Assembly (NCBI GenBank): GCA_965249725.1
Contig: CBDFMQ010000002.1
Location: forward strand, 1,536,001 to 1,600,000
Length of the DNA stretch: 64,000 nt
Reading direction: 5' to 3'
Source of the DNA: Longimicrobiales bacterium
Lineage (GTDB): Bacteria > Gemmatimonadota > Gemmatimonadetes > Longimicrobiales > Gaopeijiaceae
The notes under the pieces are model-generated. The model was given only the letters and a program-made list of their open reading frames with translations, was not told the origin of the DNA and made no database searches. The translations under genes were made by a program, and so were the position numbers. Each line of letters begins with the position of its first letter. Position 1 is the first letter of the stretch. Positions 63,794 to 64,000 of this stretch are shown in pieces.

Positions 63794-64000
63794 TTGAAGC
63801 TCGCCACGGTGACTCCGGCTCCGCCTTCCGTGCGTCCACCGAGGCGAAACGCGGCGACTCTGCCGTCACCCTCCAAAATCTCCGTCACTCGGGAGCGGAC
63901 GGCGCCCGTACCCTTGCCGTGGATGATCCTGAGTTCAGGGAGATCGTTCAGGATCGCCTCGTCCATGGCCTGGAAGAGCTCCAGGTCCACTTCGTCCACG
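63790..64000 (-). CDS. mutS2: Smr domain; C-terminus of MutS2 (partial)
   Basis: IIHGKGTG...EGGAGVT; upstream of dnaG; truncated by the window edge. Confidence 0.8.
   Translation of the reverse strand, partial: VDEVDLELFQAMDEAILNDLPELRIIHGKGTGAVRSRVTEILEGDGRVAAFRLGGRTEGGAGVTVASFK

Overview
GC-rich bacterial chromosome segment; gene content and order suggest Gemmatimonadota, which is an inference and not a database result. Positions 1-8954 hold an integrated phage-related element abutting the 3' end of tRNA-Val(TAC). It encodes a tyrosine integrase, a large XRE-type repressor, a divergent AlpA/Xis-like HTH, a replication initiator with internal iteron-like repeats, a DnaB-like helicase that appears split in two, TerS and TerL. 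After TerL comes a second Xis-like gene rather than portal or capsid genes, an architecture that suggests a phage satellite. On the other side of the tRNA (9100-13500) is an accessory tract with a frameshifted Ig/DUF11/LRR lipoprotein, an ICMT-family methyltransferase and a membrane protein. Two ~84%-identical 67-bp repeats punctuate this tract, and both encode the C-terminal end of a tyrosine integrase starting at its catalytic Tyr. The remainder (13.6-64 kb) is mostly minus-strand housekeeping: a sigma-54 regulator/peptidase MA/DUF4388-TPR/double-DnaA-like cluster, rluD, ileS (GLHH motif), PNP, divIVA, yggS, a TonB-ExbBD system, a 22x12-bp tandem repeat fused to the cdaA stop codon, cdaA, ftsH, hpt, tilS, tRNA-Met, eno, thiL, nnr, glyA, acyl-CoA catabolism genes, rex with a perfect Rex box, rsmA, an RsbU/W/V-type module, pta, coaD, rsmD, recJ, dnaG and the end of mutS2. 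All calls come from reading motifs by eye; no searches were run.
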